From contig CAVWCX010000001.1 in NCBI GenBank assembly GCA_963753595.1, positions 32,001-96,000 on the forward strand: DNA of 64,000 nt. Reading direction: 5' to 3'. Shown in pieces: positions 41,696-52,424 of this stretch. Within the stretch, counting starts at the first letter, position 1, and each line of letters opens with the position of its first letter. Below the pieces are notes generated by a model that saw nothing but the letters and a program-made list of their open reading frames with translations, was not told the origin of the DNA and made no database searches. Made by a program: the position numbers and the translations under genes. Source of the DNA: Candidatus Methanoperedenaceae archaeon. GTDB taxonomy: Archaea > Halobacteriota > Methanosarcinia > Methanosarcinales > Methanoperedenaceae.

Positions 41696-41929
41696 AAATC
41701 AAAGAATTAACAGGCAGCAAGGACAAAATACATGAAAAATAGAGGTGGGGGATGACCTGCTAAGAAGTGCATCCCTGACTTACCGTTATTTGAACATTTA
41801 TATAAATATTGTTGTGAGTGAAATTATAATGAGAACGATACTCCGATGAGGACAGAAAAATAACGAAAAAAGGACCCCCACAACCGGGTAAATCACACCG
41901 CAAGGACGGCGCCTGAGACCACATCATGC

Positions 41930-42240
41930 ACTCAAGACGGCTGGCAGTATTACCGCGATATCACTATCAACAACACCGGCAGCGCCCTGACCTACTACCA
42001 GGTGCTGGTAAACCTCACAGGAAGCGCCTTCCCAAACAGTGCACAACCCAGCGGCGCAGACATCAGATTCAGGGATGCGGGCGGCACTGATTTGAATTAC
42101 TGGTTCGAGAAGTGGGATCATGTGAACGGGAGCGCGCTTGTGTAGGTGAATGTCACCAGCATACTCGCAGGAGGAGACATGAGCATGCGGATGTATTACG
42201 GGAATCCGGGCACGGCAGGTGCGAGCGATGTAAATGCTCA
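41930..42240 (+). pseudogene. DUF2341-domain fragment with internal TAG (42143-45)
   Basis: WQYYRDITINNTG..LTYYQVLVNL..SGADIRF..LNYWFEKWD..V*VNVTSI..MYYGNP. Confidence 0.75.
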
Positions 42241-42278
42241 GGTTCCCCCTCCCGGCGGATATTAGAAGAGTTCCAATC

Positions 42279-42680
42279 TCAAGTAATTTTGTTCCAGTTA
42301 ATGACTTCTAATTCATGGATATTATTAAAATGACCATCATTAGTCAGAAGCGGAACATCATGTTCCAAACATAATGCAGCTATCCAGATGTCATTTTCAG
42401 GAATAGGATTTCCTTTCTTTTTCAGGTCATAACGAACCTTAGCATATCGTATGGCAGCAGCTTCATCAATAGACATGAGAATTGAATCGTTGGCAAACAT
42501 GGTTATATCATGTTCATTTTTTTCTGGTTTTGCACTATTGATCGCACCATATAGCAGTTCACCCAGCACGATAGCAGGAAGAAATAGCTGAACTGTCTTA
42601 TCTATCAATGAACAAACATCAGAATTGGCTTCTCTATAAGCAATTACTGCATTAGTATCGATAGCCAGCCTACCATTCAC
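42279..42680 (-). CDS. vapC: VapC PIN-domain toxin
   Basis: IDTNAVI, IVLGELLYG, PIPENDIWIAA, LLTNDGHF. Confidence 0.92.
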   Translation of the reverse strand: MNGRLAIDTNAVIAYREANSDVCSLIDKTVQLFLPAIVLGELLYGAINSAKPEKNEHDITMFANDSILMSIDEAAAIRYAKVRYDLKKKGNPIPENDIWIAALCLEHDVPLLTNDGHFNNIHELEVINWNKIT

Positions 42681-42900
42681 CTTCAATTTTTTCAAACTCC
42701 TTGTCTATAAGGTTCTGCTGTTCTTTTGCTTCATCATGAGTCAATGTCCCAACTACATCACGCAGCCCTTTCCTGACGGGGCGAGGACGTATAATTACTA
42801 TTACATTCTGATGTTCCATGATCCCCTTTAGAGGTTTTATGGGTTTCAATACGTTATCTTCGTATACTGCTTCTATTGTCTGTGTCGTGCTTTCTATCAT
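42670..42900 (-). CDS. AF2212/DUF104-family antitoxin
   Basis: TIEAVYEDNVLKPIKPL; overlaps vapC. Confidence 0.88.
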   Translation of the reverse strand: MIESTTQTIEAVYEDNVLKPIKPLKGIMEHQNVIVIIRPRPVRKGLRDVVGTLTHDEAKEQQNLIDKEFEKIEGEW

Positions 42901-43310
42901 CTTAATTTCAAATAAGTTATTGGATTATTAAGATATATATTCTCTCTCTGTCAATGAAAATCAGCAATTTTTGTTTTCCTATAAAAAAAAGAATGGGTCA
43001 AGCTTGTGCATTTGATGGCGAGTGGAAGGTGGAGGAGGTCAGTGTCGGCAGGAGGTTTTCCATGCAGCCAATCTGCGTTCATATGCGGTTTTTATTTTCA
43101 TTGCTCGTTAATAATCCTTTTTGCACGATGCGCTTGAGGTTGCATGTGTATGTCGGCGTGCTGTATTTTAAAGCAGCATGTAATAAATATCATGGTAGTC
43201 CTCTGCCGGTGGTTATTTGAGGTCAGAATACTATCTGCCTTTTCTTTTAGCGAGCTGGAGAAATTATCCTGAAAATAAAGTTAAAAATAGGACTATCTAA
43301 AAAAATTATG

Positions 43311-43385
43311 TGCTCCGATGGGGATTTGAACCCCAGTCGTCAGAGTGAGAGTCTGACATGATTGGCCGTGCTACACTATCGGAGC
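43311..43385 (-). tRNA. tRNA-Glu(CTC)
   Basis: Reverse complement GCTCCGATAGTGTAG..TCAGA-CT-CTC-AC-TCTGA..GGGGTTCAAATCCCC-ATCGGAGC-A folds as a cloverleaf. Confidence 0.95.
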
Positions 43386-43556
43386 AGGATTGTCTCAAAG
43401 TAGTTATGTGTTAATTAAAGTTTCGTTTGTTGTTGGGGGAATTTGAATGAATCGATATTTATTACAACATAATTAAATATCATGATTAATAAGTATAATG
43501 ATTAAACATGATAAACTATAAGTACTTTAATATTCATACTAAAGGAAGGTGAAAGC

Positions 43557-43973
43557 ATGAGTCAAATCGTAAATGTGGTTTCCCGCGGTAATGGGAAGGT
43601 AACAAGAAAAAAAGTAAAAGCATCGCCATATGAATTTACAATAGCTACCAGGGCAAAGTGGGAAATGGTAATAGCGGATGAAGATATCCCGATCGGGGCC
43701 GGTAAGCTTGAGCGTGTCAAGGTAAAAGAAATAAGCGTGCAAAAGGACATGCTTGCGATACCATGTGCTTTCAGCCATCATCCAATTGTTTCGGTCATTA
43801 AAGTGGCAACAAAAGAAGGGCCAACACCAGTCGAAATGGACCGGACGATAAATGTAGCTTATGTTATGGGCCAGGAATCCGGCGAGATCAAAAAAGGAGA
43901 TCTCCTGTCAGTCCTGAACCTTTATCCCATAATGTTCACGCGGGAAGCAACTAAGCCGGTATGCGTCGGGTGA
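43557..43973 (+). CDS. DUF22-family archaeal protein, copy 1
   Basis: RAKWEMVIADED, PCAFSHH, GEIKKGDLLSVLNLYP. Confidence 0.75.
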   Translation: MSQIVNVVSRGNGKVTRKKVKASPYEFTIATRAKWEMVIADEDIPIGAGKLERVKVKEISVQKDMLAIPCAFSHHPIVSVIKVATKEGPTPVEMDRTINVAYVMGQESGEIKKGDLLSVLNLYPIMFTREATKPVCVG

Positions 43974-43978
43974 TAAAA

Positions 43979-44479
43979 ATGGAAACCTGCAAGATATGCA
44001 AGGGAGACCAGGATTCAAAACAATACAAGGGCTATAATATTTGTACCGAATGCGCAGACCTCATGGAAGACCTCATGGGTGAATATTTCCTGAGGACCAT
44101 AAGTGAAAGTGGAGAAACAAAAAAAGGGTACCTGAAATACCTGGAGAATGGAAAAGAATTCATAAGCAACTACCAGAAAATAAGACAGCACAGTAAAAGG
44201 CATATAAAGCATATGGAAGAACACGTGCAGGAGGAGATAAAAGGTGCCCAGGGCGGGAAACAAAGATACCTTGAGCGGCTCCTCATGACCATCAACTGGC
44301 TTGAACGCTGCCCGGAGTTCTACAATTATTATTTCAAGGAATATTATGTATGCCCGGGTTGCGGTGCGTCAATATTTGACCATTATGGTAAACATGAAGT
44401 TGGAGATTGGCTCATGATCTCTTGTGAAAAATGCGATACGGTTATCAAGAAGTATTTTTCGCCAAAGTTCATGAACTGA
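43979..44479 (+). CDS. Protein with four CxxC motifs (two Zn fingers), copy 1
   Basis: CKIC, CTEC, CPGC, CEKC. Confidence 0.8.
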   Translation: METCKICKGDQDSKQYKGYNICTECADLMEDLMGEYFLRTISESGETKKGYLKYLENGKEFISNYQKIRQHSKRHIKHMEEHVQEEIKGAQGGKQRYLERLLMTINWLERCPEFYNYYFKEYYVCPGCGASIFDHYGKHEVGDWLMISCEKCDTVIKKYFSPKFMN

Positions 44480-44660
44480 CCAACTTTATCCTTTTTAATT
44501 TCCTTTTATCCTTTTGGATTTAATTTTTCCAGTCTGCAACCTTTAATATTAATAAAGATTTATTATTAATTTGAATTTAATTAAAAATAAAATAAATTTA
44601 TAATGATTAGTCATGATAAAATATAAGTACTATTACAGTAGTTATCTTATGGGGGTTCTT

Positions 44661-45077
44661 ATGAACGAAATTGTAAATGTAGTAACCCATAACAACGGAC
44701 GAGTGGATCGAAAAAAAGTAAAGGCATCGCCATATGAATTTACAATAGCGACCCGGGCAAAATGGGAAATGATAATTGCAGATGAAGATGTCACAATAGG
44801 TGCGGGAAAACTTGAAAAAGTAAAAATTAAAGAGATAATTGTACAGAAAGATATGCTTGCAATGCCATGCGCATTCAGTCATCATCCTGTCGTATCTGTT
44901 ATTAAGGTCAAAACCAGGGATGGCCCATCACCCATTGAAACTGATCGCATAGTAAATAGTGCTTTTGTCCTTGGCCAGGAATCCGGTGAGATCAAAAAAG
45001 GTGACCTTTTGTCAGTGCTAAATCTCTATCCCATAATGTTCACGCGTGAAGCCACAATACCAGTAGGAGTGAGGTAG
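44661..45077 (+). CDS. DUF22-family protein, copy 2
   Basis: Highly similar to copy 1. Confidence 0.75.
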   Translation: MNEIVNVVTHNNGRVDRKKVKASPYEFTIATRAKWEMIIADEDVTIGAGKLEKVKIKEIIVQKDMLAMPCAFSHHPVVSVIKVKTRDGPSPIETDRIVNSAFVLGQESGEIKKGDLLSVLNLYPIMFTREATIPVGVR

Positions 45078-45079
45078 TT

Positions 45080-45586
45080 ATGGAGACATGCAGGATCTGC
45101 AAGGGTGAACAGGACACCAGGTATTTCAAGGAATATAATATTTGTACTGAATGTGCTGATCTTATGGAAGACCTCATGAGTGAGTATTTCCAGAGAACCA
45201 TTAAATTTGAAGGATCCGTTTCAAAAAGATGGTATAACGATTATGTTGAAAACGTAAAACAATTTGCAAGCGATTATCAAAGAATACGAAAGCACAGCAA
45301 ACAGCACATAAGACATATGGAAGAACATGTAAAAGATGAAATGAATAAAGGCGTTGAGGGGGGAAGAAGGAGATATCTTGAAAGGCTGCTCCTCACGATC
45401 AACTGGCTAAGCGCCAGCCCTGAATTTTATAATTATTATTTCAAGGGCTTTTCTTCCTGTAAAGGATGCGGTTCATCAATATTCGACCACTTTGATAAAA
45501 TGGAAGTGGGAAGCTGGTTCATGATAAAATGTGATAAGTGCGATACTGTGATCAAGAAATATTTCTCGCCAAAGTTCATGAACTGA
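45080..45586 (+). CDS. Four-CxxC protein, copy 2
   Basis: CRIC, CTEC, CKGC, CDKC; same C-terminus KKYFSPKFMN. Confidence 0.8.
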   Translation: METCRICKGEQDTRYFKEYNICTECADLMEDLMSEYFQRTIKFEGSVSKRWYNDYVENVKQFASDYQRIRKHSKQHIRHMEEHVKDEMNKGVEGGRRRYLERLLLTINWLSASPEFYNYYFKGFSSCKGCGSSIFDHFDKMEVGSWFMIKCDKCDTVIKKYFSPKFMN

Positions 45587-45765
45587 TTTTTTTTTTTGCA
45601 ATAATAAGACCCATATTTCGCACATTACATTGTTGAATTTACATTGTTTTCCGATTCAGATTATTATAAATATATATCTCGATTTATTGATTAATACTCC
45701 GCTGCTTAATTATTTTTAAATATCAAATTTATTTCGAGCATGTGCGAAATGCAGGACAGGATATC

Positions 45766-46782
45766 CTAAAACCACTTATCCAGTGTCTGTTGCCCCTCAT
45801 CCGAGGCTTCGACCAGGCGCTCCACAGCTTTTGAAACGCGAACTTGCGCAAAATCATGGTCATCACACAGGAATTTCATGATCGCCTTTGGATCTGGTTT
45901 TCTCCACTTTATCTCATATTCCTGAGTAACTACAGGATTGAGGAATAAATCTTTTATTTCAGAAAGATGTGTGATCTGCGTATTTAATTCAAGAAGCGCA
46001 GCTTCAATTCCTGCATGTTTTTTTATCAATTTCAAAGCCTTCTTGGGACCTATTCCCTTTATGCCGTCATTATAATCTGTTCCCACAAGAAGCGCAATAT
46101 CCACAAGTTGTTCTCTTGATATTCCCAGTGTTTCAAGCCCTTTTTCAAGTTCGATGAGTTCAGGTTTTACTTCCACGAATATGCTCTTTCCCGCAAGCTT
46201 TCGTTTCCCTGTGACTGCAAGATTCCTTACAACAACAGGCGCGCCGAACAACAGTGCATCATAATCCTGTGAACCTGCAGCATATGCTTTTCCATCCCTT
46301 ACTATTGATGAAGCCTGCGCCTCCCCTTCAGACGGCGCCTGGATGACAGGCATCCCCATAATCTGTAGCAAAAGTTTTGCATCTTCTATCATGTTTCCCT
46401 TGATCCGGGATGATGCCTGGGCGTGTTTAAAGGCTTCTTTATCTTCTCCCCTTGCTTTTGCCTCATCCCATTTTTCCTGGGCATTTGCTCTTAATTTTTT
46501 TCGTTCTTCAATTGTTTTATTTTTAAATTCAGGGGGTGTGCCATCAAAGACGAATACCGGTTTTATCCCCTCTTCTATGAGGTTTGTTGTCCGGTAAAGG
46601 AAACCTGAAAGATGGGATGTTACCTCCCCGTGGGAATCAATAAGCGGTGTACCATCACGCTGGCGTATTATACTCAGGAATTGATAAAGTGTATTATAGG
46701 CATCTATGGCTATTACTTTTCCTTTCAGGTCGGAAAATTCAATTTCTTTTCGTTCAAAAAGATCTCCGAGGTCAACCCCCAT
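45766..46782 (-). CDS. fen: Flap endonuclease 1
   Basis: MGVDL, IDAYNTLYQFL, APSEGEAQA, SQDYDALLFG, GTDYN, C-terminal PIP box QQTLDKWF. Confidence 0.97.
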   Translation of the reverse strand: MGVDLGDLFERKEIEFSDLKGKVIAIDAYNTLYQFLSIIRQRDGTPLIDSHGEVTSHLSGFLYRTTNLIEEGIKPVFVFDGTPPEFKNKTIEERKKLRANAQEKWDEAKARGEDKEAFKHAQASSRIKGNMIEDAKLLLQIMGMPVIQAPSEGEAQASSIVRDGKAYAAGSQDYDALLFGAPVVVRNLAVTGKRKLAGKSIFVEVKPELIELEKGLETLGISREQLVDIALLVGTDYNDGIKGIGPKKALKLIKKHAGIEAALLELNTQITHLSEIKDLFLNPVVTQEYEIKWRKPDPKAIMKFLCDDHDFAQVRVSKAVERLVEASDEGQQTLDKWF

Positions 46783-46798
46783 GATAGCACCCTAAAGT

Positions 46799-47077
46799 TC
46801 ATCCCATTCTTACATCTATTACTGAATCGTTATCTGCTTCAATACCTCTTACTGTCAAAAGGTTGCCTTTTCGGTTTATTAATTCAGTTGACGTGACACT
46901 GACCTGATGTTCGTCCTGGGATTCTGTATTTTTATGTATGATCAGCACTTTTGTTCCTTTTTCGAATTCTTCCACGAAATTCCCAAGAACATGTTCATAA
47001 TCAGAATATATCAATATATGAGATAATCCGGATGCTGTGTTCTTGATAATGCCGATTGGTTCGATCTTTAGATTCAA
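46799..47077 (-). CDS. Short TsaA/TrmO-like beta-barrel protein
   Basis: LKIEPIGII...GNLLTVRGIEA...VIDV pattern. Confidence 0.55.
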   Translation of the reverse strand: MNLKIEPIGIIKNTASGLSHILIYSDYEHVLGNFVEEFEKGTKVLIIHKNTESQDEHQVSVTSTELINRKGNLLTVRGIEADNDSVIDVRMG

Positions 47078-47360
47078 ATGGATGACCTCTTAAAATATAC
47101 CGTTATTCGCATGGCCTGCATATAGCTTTTTCGACAATATGAATTTTCCCGGTTTGCCCTTTATTATGTAAATCCTCATCCCAATCCAACATTAATAATC
47201 GATATATATTCTTCAATTTCCAGGAAATTACCAGATAATGTTATATACAAAAACAAAGGTGATACGGGGTTCTGTTGTAATTTAAATAAATGAAAAAAAG
47301 CTGGGATATAATATTTTAAAAATATATGATTATTTATTTCTTGGACTGGTTGTTTTTTAT

Positions 47361-49352
47361 TTGATTGGGGCCATTTCATCAGTTATCTTAAACAAAAAAG
47401 ACCGCATTTGTTCCTACATTTCATTTTTCAGCGCAGCGGCAGGAGCCATTTTTGGAGTGATCTTTTCAATATCGGTAATTTTTGGCGAAACGTTTTACCT
47501 GGCACTTTCGCAAGATTCATACCTGAAATTCGGTATTTTTGTCGATAAACTATCTGCATTTTTTATTCTTGTAATATCAATATCAGTGTTTGCAGTATCG
47601 ATATTTTCAACAGGATATGTTAAAGAATATTTTGGGAAAAAGAATATCGGACATCTTGGTTTCCTGTATAATATTTTTATTCTTTCAATGATATTTGTAG
47701 TTTCGGCAAATAATGCAATAATGTTCTTAATAGTGTGGGAATTAATGTCTGTGATATCTTTTTTCCTCGTGGTTTACGAACATGAAAAACCAGAAACAAG
47801 AAAAGCGGGTTTTATCTATATTGTAATGACCCACATCGGAACCGGTTTCATTCTATTGTCATTCATGATCTTTGCAGGAACATCGGGCAGTTTCGGTTTT
47901 GAAACATTCCACGCTGCCGGCTCGACCATGACACCTCTTCTTAAAGATCTTGCTTTCATTTTTGCATTGATCGGTTTTGGAGCAAAAGCGGGTATCGTTC
48001 CCCTGCATATATGGCTTCCCTATGCTCATCCTGCGGCGCCAAGTAATGTCTCAGCGCTTATGTCTGGTGTAATGATAAAAACCGCTATTTTCATGCTGAT
48101 CCGGATATCTTTTGATTTCCTTGGGGCAAGCGTGTCCTGGTGGGGATACGTTGTGCTGGCAGTGGGTACGATATCTGCAATACTTGGCATATTGTATGCA
48201 GTTGTGGAACCGGATATGAAAAGGATGCTTGCATTCAGCAGCATCGAAAATATAGGGATCATCCTTATTGGTCTTGGCGCTTCTATGATCTTTTTAGCAA
48301 GCGGAAAGCCCATAATTTCAGCAATAGCCGCGATTGCGGCACTATACCACCTCCTGAATCATTCTGTTTTTAAAGGATTGCTCTTCATGGGAGCTGGTTC
48401 CATATTATTTTCAACACATACAAAAAATATCGAGAAGCTGGGTGGAATAATAAAGAAAATGCCATTTAGCGCCATTCTTATCCTTATTGGTGTTTTATCA
48501 ATTTCAGCGTTGCCGCCATTCAGCGGTTTTGTGAGCGAATGGCTGACTTTCCAGTCCTTGCTCCTGAGTTTTAATTTAAATAACAATTTTGCCATGATCG
48601 TGTTATCGATCAGTGCAGCAGTACTGGCTTTGACCGGAGCGCTTGCTGCTTATTGTTTCCTCAAGTTTTTCGGGATGGTTTTCCTTGCTCTGCCCAGAAG
48701 CGAACATGCGCAACACGCAAAAGAGGTAAATGTTTCAATGCTGGCCGGAATGGGGATATTTGCATTATTATCAATATTGCTTGGTATATTGCCAAAGTAC
48801 GTACTTCCTGTTCTTGACAGGATAGCAGCATCTTTTATCGGGACAGGTGCATTCAGCCAATCCATTTCAGTTGGCACTTTCGGGATGATATCCATCCCAT
48901 CCTCGCAGGGAATTTCAATTTCAACGCCGGTGCTTCTTGTAATGTTATTGATCCTTATGTTAATACCCGCAGTGATTTTATTGACCAATAGAAAGACCCT
49001 GCAGCCAATATATGAAACCTGGGGATGCGGCCAGCCAATTTCAACCTCAAGGAATGAATATTCGGCAAACGCTTTCTCAAAACCTGTACAGGTGTGGTTC
49101 AAGAGCTTATATCGTCCTGCAAGAGAAACAGAAGCAACATATTCATCCCCGTATCTTAAGCAATCATTTAAGTTCGAGTCAAGAATAGAACAGGTATTTG
49201 AACAATATTTATATAATCCGGTGGTTGATTTTGTCATAGTAAAATCAAGAAAAGCCAAACTGATCCAGACAGGAAGCATTCATGCATATCTTGGTTACAT
49301 TTTTGGAATATTAATAATCCTTTTTATGTTTGTGATCGCAGGAGGAACTTAG
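47361..49352 (+). CDS. hyfB: HyfB-like antiporter subunit (start probably ~15 codons upstream)
   Basis: GFGAKAGIVPLHIWLPYAHPAAPS, KRMLAFSSIENIG, TWGCG. Confidence 0.92.
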   Translation: MIGAISSVILNKKDRICSYISFFSAAAGAIFGVIFSISVIFGETFYLALSQDSYLKFGIFVDKLSAFFILVISISVFAVSIFSTGYVKEYFGKKNIGHLGFLYNIFILSMIFVVSANNAIMFLIVWELMSVISFFLVVYEHEKPETRKAGFIYIVMTHIGTGFILLSFMIFAGTSGSFGFETFHAAGSTMTPLLKDLAFIFALIGFGAKAGIVPLHIWLPYAHPAAPSNVSALMSGVMIKTAIFMLIRISFDFLGASVSWWGYVVLAVGTISAILGILYAVVEPDMKRMLAFSSIENIGIILIGLGASMIFLASGKPIISAIAAIAALYHLLNHSVFKGLLFMGAGSILFSTHTKNIEKLGGIIKKMPFSAILILIGVLSISALPPFSGFVSEWLTFQSLLLSFNLNNNFAMIVLSISAAVLALTGALAAYCFLKFFGMVFLALPRSEHAQHAKEVNVSMLAGMGIFALLSILLGILPKYVLPVLDRIAASFIGTGAFSQSISVGTFGMISIPSSQGISISTPVLLVMLLILMLIPAVILLTNRKTLQPIYETWGCGQPISTSRNEYSANAFSKPVQVWFKSLYRPARETEATYSSPYLKQSFKFESRIEQVFEQYLYNPVVDFVIVKSRKAKLIQTGSIHAYLGYIFGILIILFMFVIAGGT

Positions 49353-50297
49353 ATGATCGCACAAATTATTTTCCAGATAATTATTATCATTGCACTTGCA
49401 CCGCTGCTTAGCGGAATTATGAAAAAAGTAAAAGCGTTCTTCCAGATAAGAAAAGGCCCGGGCGTTCTGCAGCCTTATTTTGATATTATAAAACTGCTTA
49501 AAAAAGATTCCGTTATTTCAGGGAATGTGTCCTGGATATTTCATGCTGCGCCTATTATTTCTTTTGTTGCCTTCCTTACAGCGGGTCTTTTGATACCGAT
49601 ATACATTACACAACTTTCCCTTGGTTTTGCCGGAGACCTGATCGCGGTTATCTACCTGTTTGCCCTTGCAAGATTCTTTACTGCCCTTGCTTCACTGGAT
49701 GCAGGAAGTTCTTTCGGCGGGATGGGGGGAAGCCGTGAGATGTTCATAGCGTCTTTAGTAGAACCTGCATTGATGCTTTCCATATTTGCAGTTGCGTTAA
49801 ATGTTGGTTCAACGAATCTGGGTTTCATTTCACAAACCATATCGGGCCTGGGTATTGGTGCCATGTCACCTTACCAGATCCTTGCTTTTGTTGCATTTTT
49901 TATCATCGCAATAGCTGAAACCGGGCGTATCCCTGTGGATAACCCGGCCACACATCTTGAACTTACAATGATCCACGAGGCAATGATACTTGAATATTCA
50001 GGAAAACAACTTGCAATAGTGGAGCTTGGGGCAATGATAAAGCAATTACTTATTTTTTCATTGCTTGCTAACATATTTTTCCCATGGGGCATAGCCACAG
50101 AAGGTGCAGGTGCATCAGCAATGGTTTTAGCACTCCTGGTTTATTTTATAAAGATAGTGATTATTGGAATTACAATGGCATCTGTTGAAATTTCAACAGC
50201 AAAATGGAGATTATTCAGATTGCCTGAATTAATGTCAATATCTCTTATGCTTTCATTCCTTGCCCTTGTCTCATTTATTATAGTAAAAGGAGGATAA
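49353..50297 (+). CDS. hyfC: HyfC/NuoH-like membrane subunit
   Basis: FGGMGGSRE, AETGRIPVDNP..ELTMIHEAMILEYSG. Confidence 0.92.
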   Translation: MIAQIIFQIIIIIALAPLLSGIMKKVKAFFQIRKGPGVLQPYFDIIKLLKKDSVISGNVSWIFHAAPIISFVAFLTAGLLIPIYITQLSLGFAGDLIAVIYLFALARFFTALASLDAGSSFGGMGGSREMFIASLVEPALMLSIFAVALNVGSTNLGFISQTISGLGIGAMSPYQILAFVAFFIIAIAETGRIPVDNPATHLELTMIHEAMILEYSGKQLAIVELGAMIKQLLIFSLLANIFFPWGIATEGAGASAMVLALLVYFIKIVIIGITMASVEISTAKWRLFRLPELMSISLMLSFLALVSFIIVKGG

Positions 50298-50301
50298 AAA
50301 A

Positions 50302-50961
50302 ATGACAGAAGTTGTTTTCGGGTCTAAAATAATGCAATTATTGATAGCATTCATTCTTGTTTCCACCTTCATGATCCTTGGTTCCACAAGGCTTTATTCA
50401 TGTGTCAGGGCTTTTGGGATACAATCATTCCTGCTTGCATGTGTTGCCGGGATCGTGGCATATTCCACAGGAAAATATGATATTTATATTGTCGCTCTCC
50501 TGACCCTTATAATAAAATCAGCAGTAATTCCTTATATTTTTATTTACATTATCCGGGAGATCAAAGTTAAAAGGGAGATAGAACTTTATGTAAGCATCTC
50601 ACCTTCACTTATCATAGGCGGCATCCTTGTTGTGATCTCATATTATCTCATAAGATCGATAAGTATAATTTCAGAACTTTCAAGTTTAGCCCTTTCAGCA
50701 TCCATGTCGCTTGTGTCAATAGGACTTTTCATTATGATAAGCCGAAAAAAAGCCCTGATGCAGATGCTTGGAATCCTGATAATGGAAAATGGTCTTTTCC
50801 TTGGGGCAATCTCATTGACAAATGGCATGCCTCTCCTTGTTGAACTCGGGATATTCTTTGATGTCCTTATCGGAGTTCTCATTATGGGCATCCTGATATT
50901 CAGGATAAACAAAACATTTGAGAGTATAGATACGGATTTGCTCAAAAATTTAATAGGTTGA
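50302..50961 (+). CDS. hyfE: HyfE-like membrane subunit
   Basis: ENGLFL, PLLVELGIFFDV. Confidence 0.9.
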   Translation: MTEVVFGSKIMQLLIAFILVSTFMILGSTRLYSCVRAFGIQSFLLACVAGIVAYSTGKYDIYIVALLTLIIKSAVIPYIFIYIIREIKVKREIELYVSISPSLIIGGILVVISYYLIRSISIISELSSLALSASMSLVSIGLFIMISRKKALMQMLGILIMENGLFLGAISLTNGMPLLVELGIFFDVLIGVLIMGILIFRINKTFESIDTDLLKNLIG

Positions 50962-50965
50962 TACC

Positions 50966-52420
50966 ATGATAGAATATCTTCTTCTTGCTCCGATATTGAC
51001 AGGCATATTATGCTTTTTTACAAGATCAAAGAAACAGGTTGAGACGGCAAGTCTTATAGGCTCTATTGCTACCCTTATTCTTGGATTGGTCCTGGTGAAA
51101 AATGTGTATCAAAACGGCACCATAGTATCGTGGACAAATTCTCTCTTTGCGGATGCATTCAGTGCTTTTATTGTCCTTATCGTTTCCATTGTGGGTTTTG
51201 TGGCTTCGGTTTATTCCATCGGCTACATGGGGCATGAATTCAAACACGGGATAATGGATTTAAAAAAATTGAAAATCTATTATGTCCTTTTCCACACCTT
51301 CATGTTCACCATGCTCCTTGTTGGAGTCACAAATAATCTTGGCCTGTGGATCGCCATTGAGATGACAACTCTAGTCTCAGCCCTCCTCATGATACTTCAT
51401 ACCAAAAAATCCTCTGTTGAAGCCGCATGGAAATATATGATCATATGTACTGTAGGAATCACGTTCGCCCTGTTCGGAACCATACTTACTTACTATGGCG
51501 CTGTAAAAATACTGGGGGAATCAGGAGATGCGCTTAACTGGACATCTCTTATCGCGGTGGCAGACCAGTTTGACCCGACTATAATGAAGCTCGCATTCAT
51601 ATTTATTCTCATAGGTTATGGCACAAAAGCAGGTCTTGCTCCCATGCATACCTGGCTTCCGGATGCGCACAGCGAGGCCCCAACACCTGTGAGCGCGCTG
51701 CTTTCAGGAGTTCTCCTGAATTGCGCCATGTACGGGATTATCAGATTCTATACTATAGCAACAAAGTCAACAGGACCGGCTTTTACAAGCAATCTCCTCA
51801 TTATATTCGGGCTTCTTTCCATTGGCATTGCAGTACCGTTCATAATTCTCCAGGAAGATTACAAAAGGATGCTAGCATACAGCAGCGTTGAGCATATGGG
51901 AATAATAGCCCTCGGGATAGGGTTCGGCGGGTTCCTGGGGGTTTTTGGCGCGATACTTCATATGTTTAACCATGCCATGACAAAATCACTAATGTTCTTC
52001 GGCGCAGGAAATGTGCTTCTAAAGCATGAAACAAAAGAGATAGACAAGGTGAGCGGCATAATTAAATCCATGCCGGCAACAGGAACAATGCTGCTGATAG
52101 GAGGGCTTGCGATCACAGGGTCGCCGCCATTTGGGATATTCATTAGTGAATTTACAATACTTTCAGCAGGTTTTTTCCAGGGAAATATCATCTCTTCGGT
52201 CTTATTTCTGCTATTTATAATTATGATATTCGCAGGCTTTTTCTATAACCTCAGTAAAATGATTTTCGGAACTCCAAAACCCGGAATAGTGGCCGGGGAA
52301 GTGAGCAGGTGGACACTCGGAGCAATGGCGATCGTTGCAGTTTTCGTAATTGTGCTCGGAGTCTATATTCCTCCGTTTTTTTATGATATGATAATAAAAG
52401 TCGTGGCTGTTATAAGGTGA
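50966..52420 (+). CDS. hyfF: HyfF-like antiporter subunit
   Basis: EAAWKY, GYGTKAGLAPMHTWLPDAHSEAP, KRMLAYSSVEHMG. Confidence 0.92.
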   Translation: MIEYLLLAPILTGILCFFTRSKKQVETASLIGSIATLILGLVLVKNVYQNGTIVSWTNSLFADAFSAFIVLIVSIVGFVASVYSIGYMGHEFKHGIMDLKKLKIYYVLFHTFMFTMLLVGVTNNLGLWIAIEMTTLVSALLMILHTKKSSVEAAWKYMIICTVGITFALFGTILTYYGAVKILGESGDALNWTSLIAVADQFDPTIMKLAFIFILIGYGTKAGLAPMHTWLPDAHSEAPTPVSALLSGVLLNCAMYGIIRFYTIATKSTGPAFTSNLLIIFGLLSIGIAVPFIILQEDYKRMLAYSSVEHMGIIALGIGFGGFLGVFGAILHMFNHAMTKSLMFFGAGNVLLKHETKEIDKVSGIIKSMPATGTMLLIGGLAITGSPPFGIFISEFTILSAGFFQGNIISSVLFLLFIIMIFAGFFYNLSKMIFGTPKPGIVAGEVSRWTLGAMAIVAVFVIVLGVYIPPFFYDMIIKVVAVIR

Positions 52421-52424
52421 TTCA

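Noticed and set aside
42958-42967. Regulon operator upstream of vapBC
   Set aside because: AAATCAGCAA is present but there is no GGCAA at +36 and the spacing to TATA differs; half-site only.
37000-43385. Integrative element at tRNA-Glu
   Set aside because: No integrase and no duplicated tRNA 3' end seen in the window.
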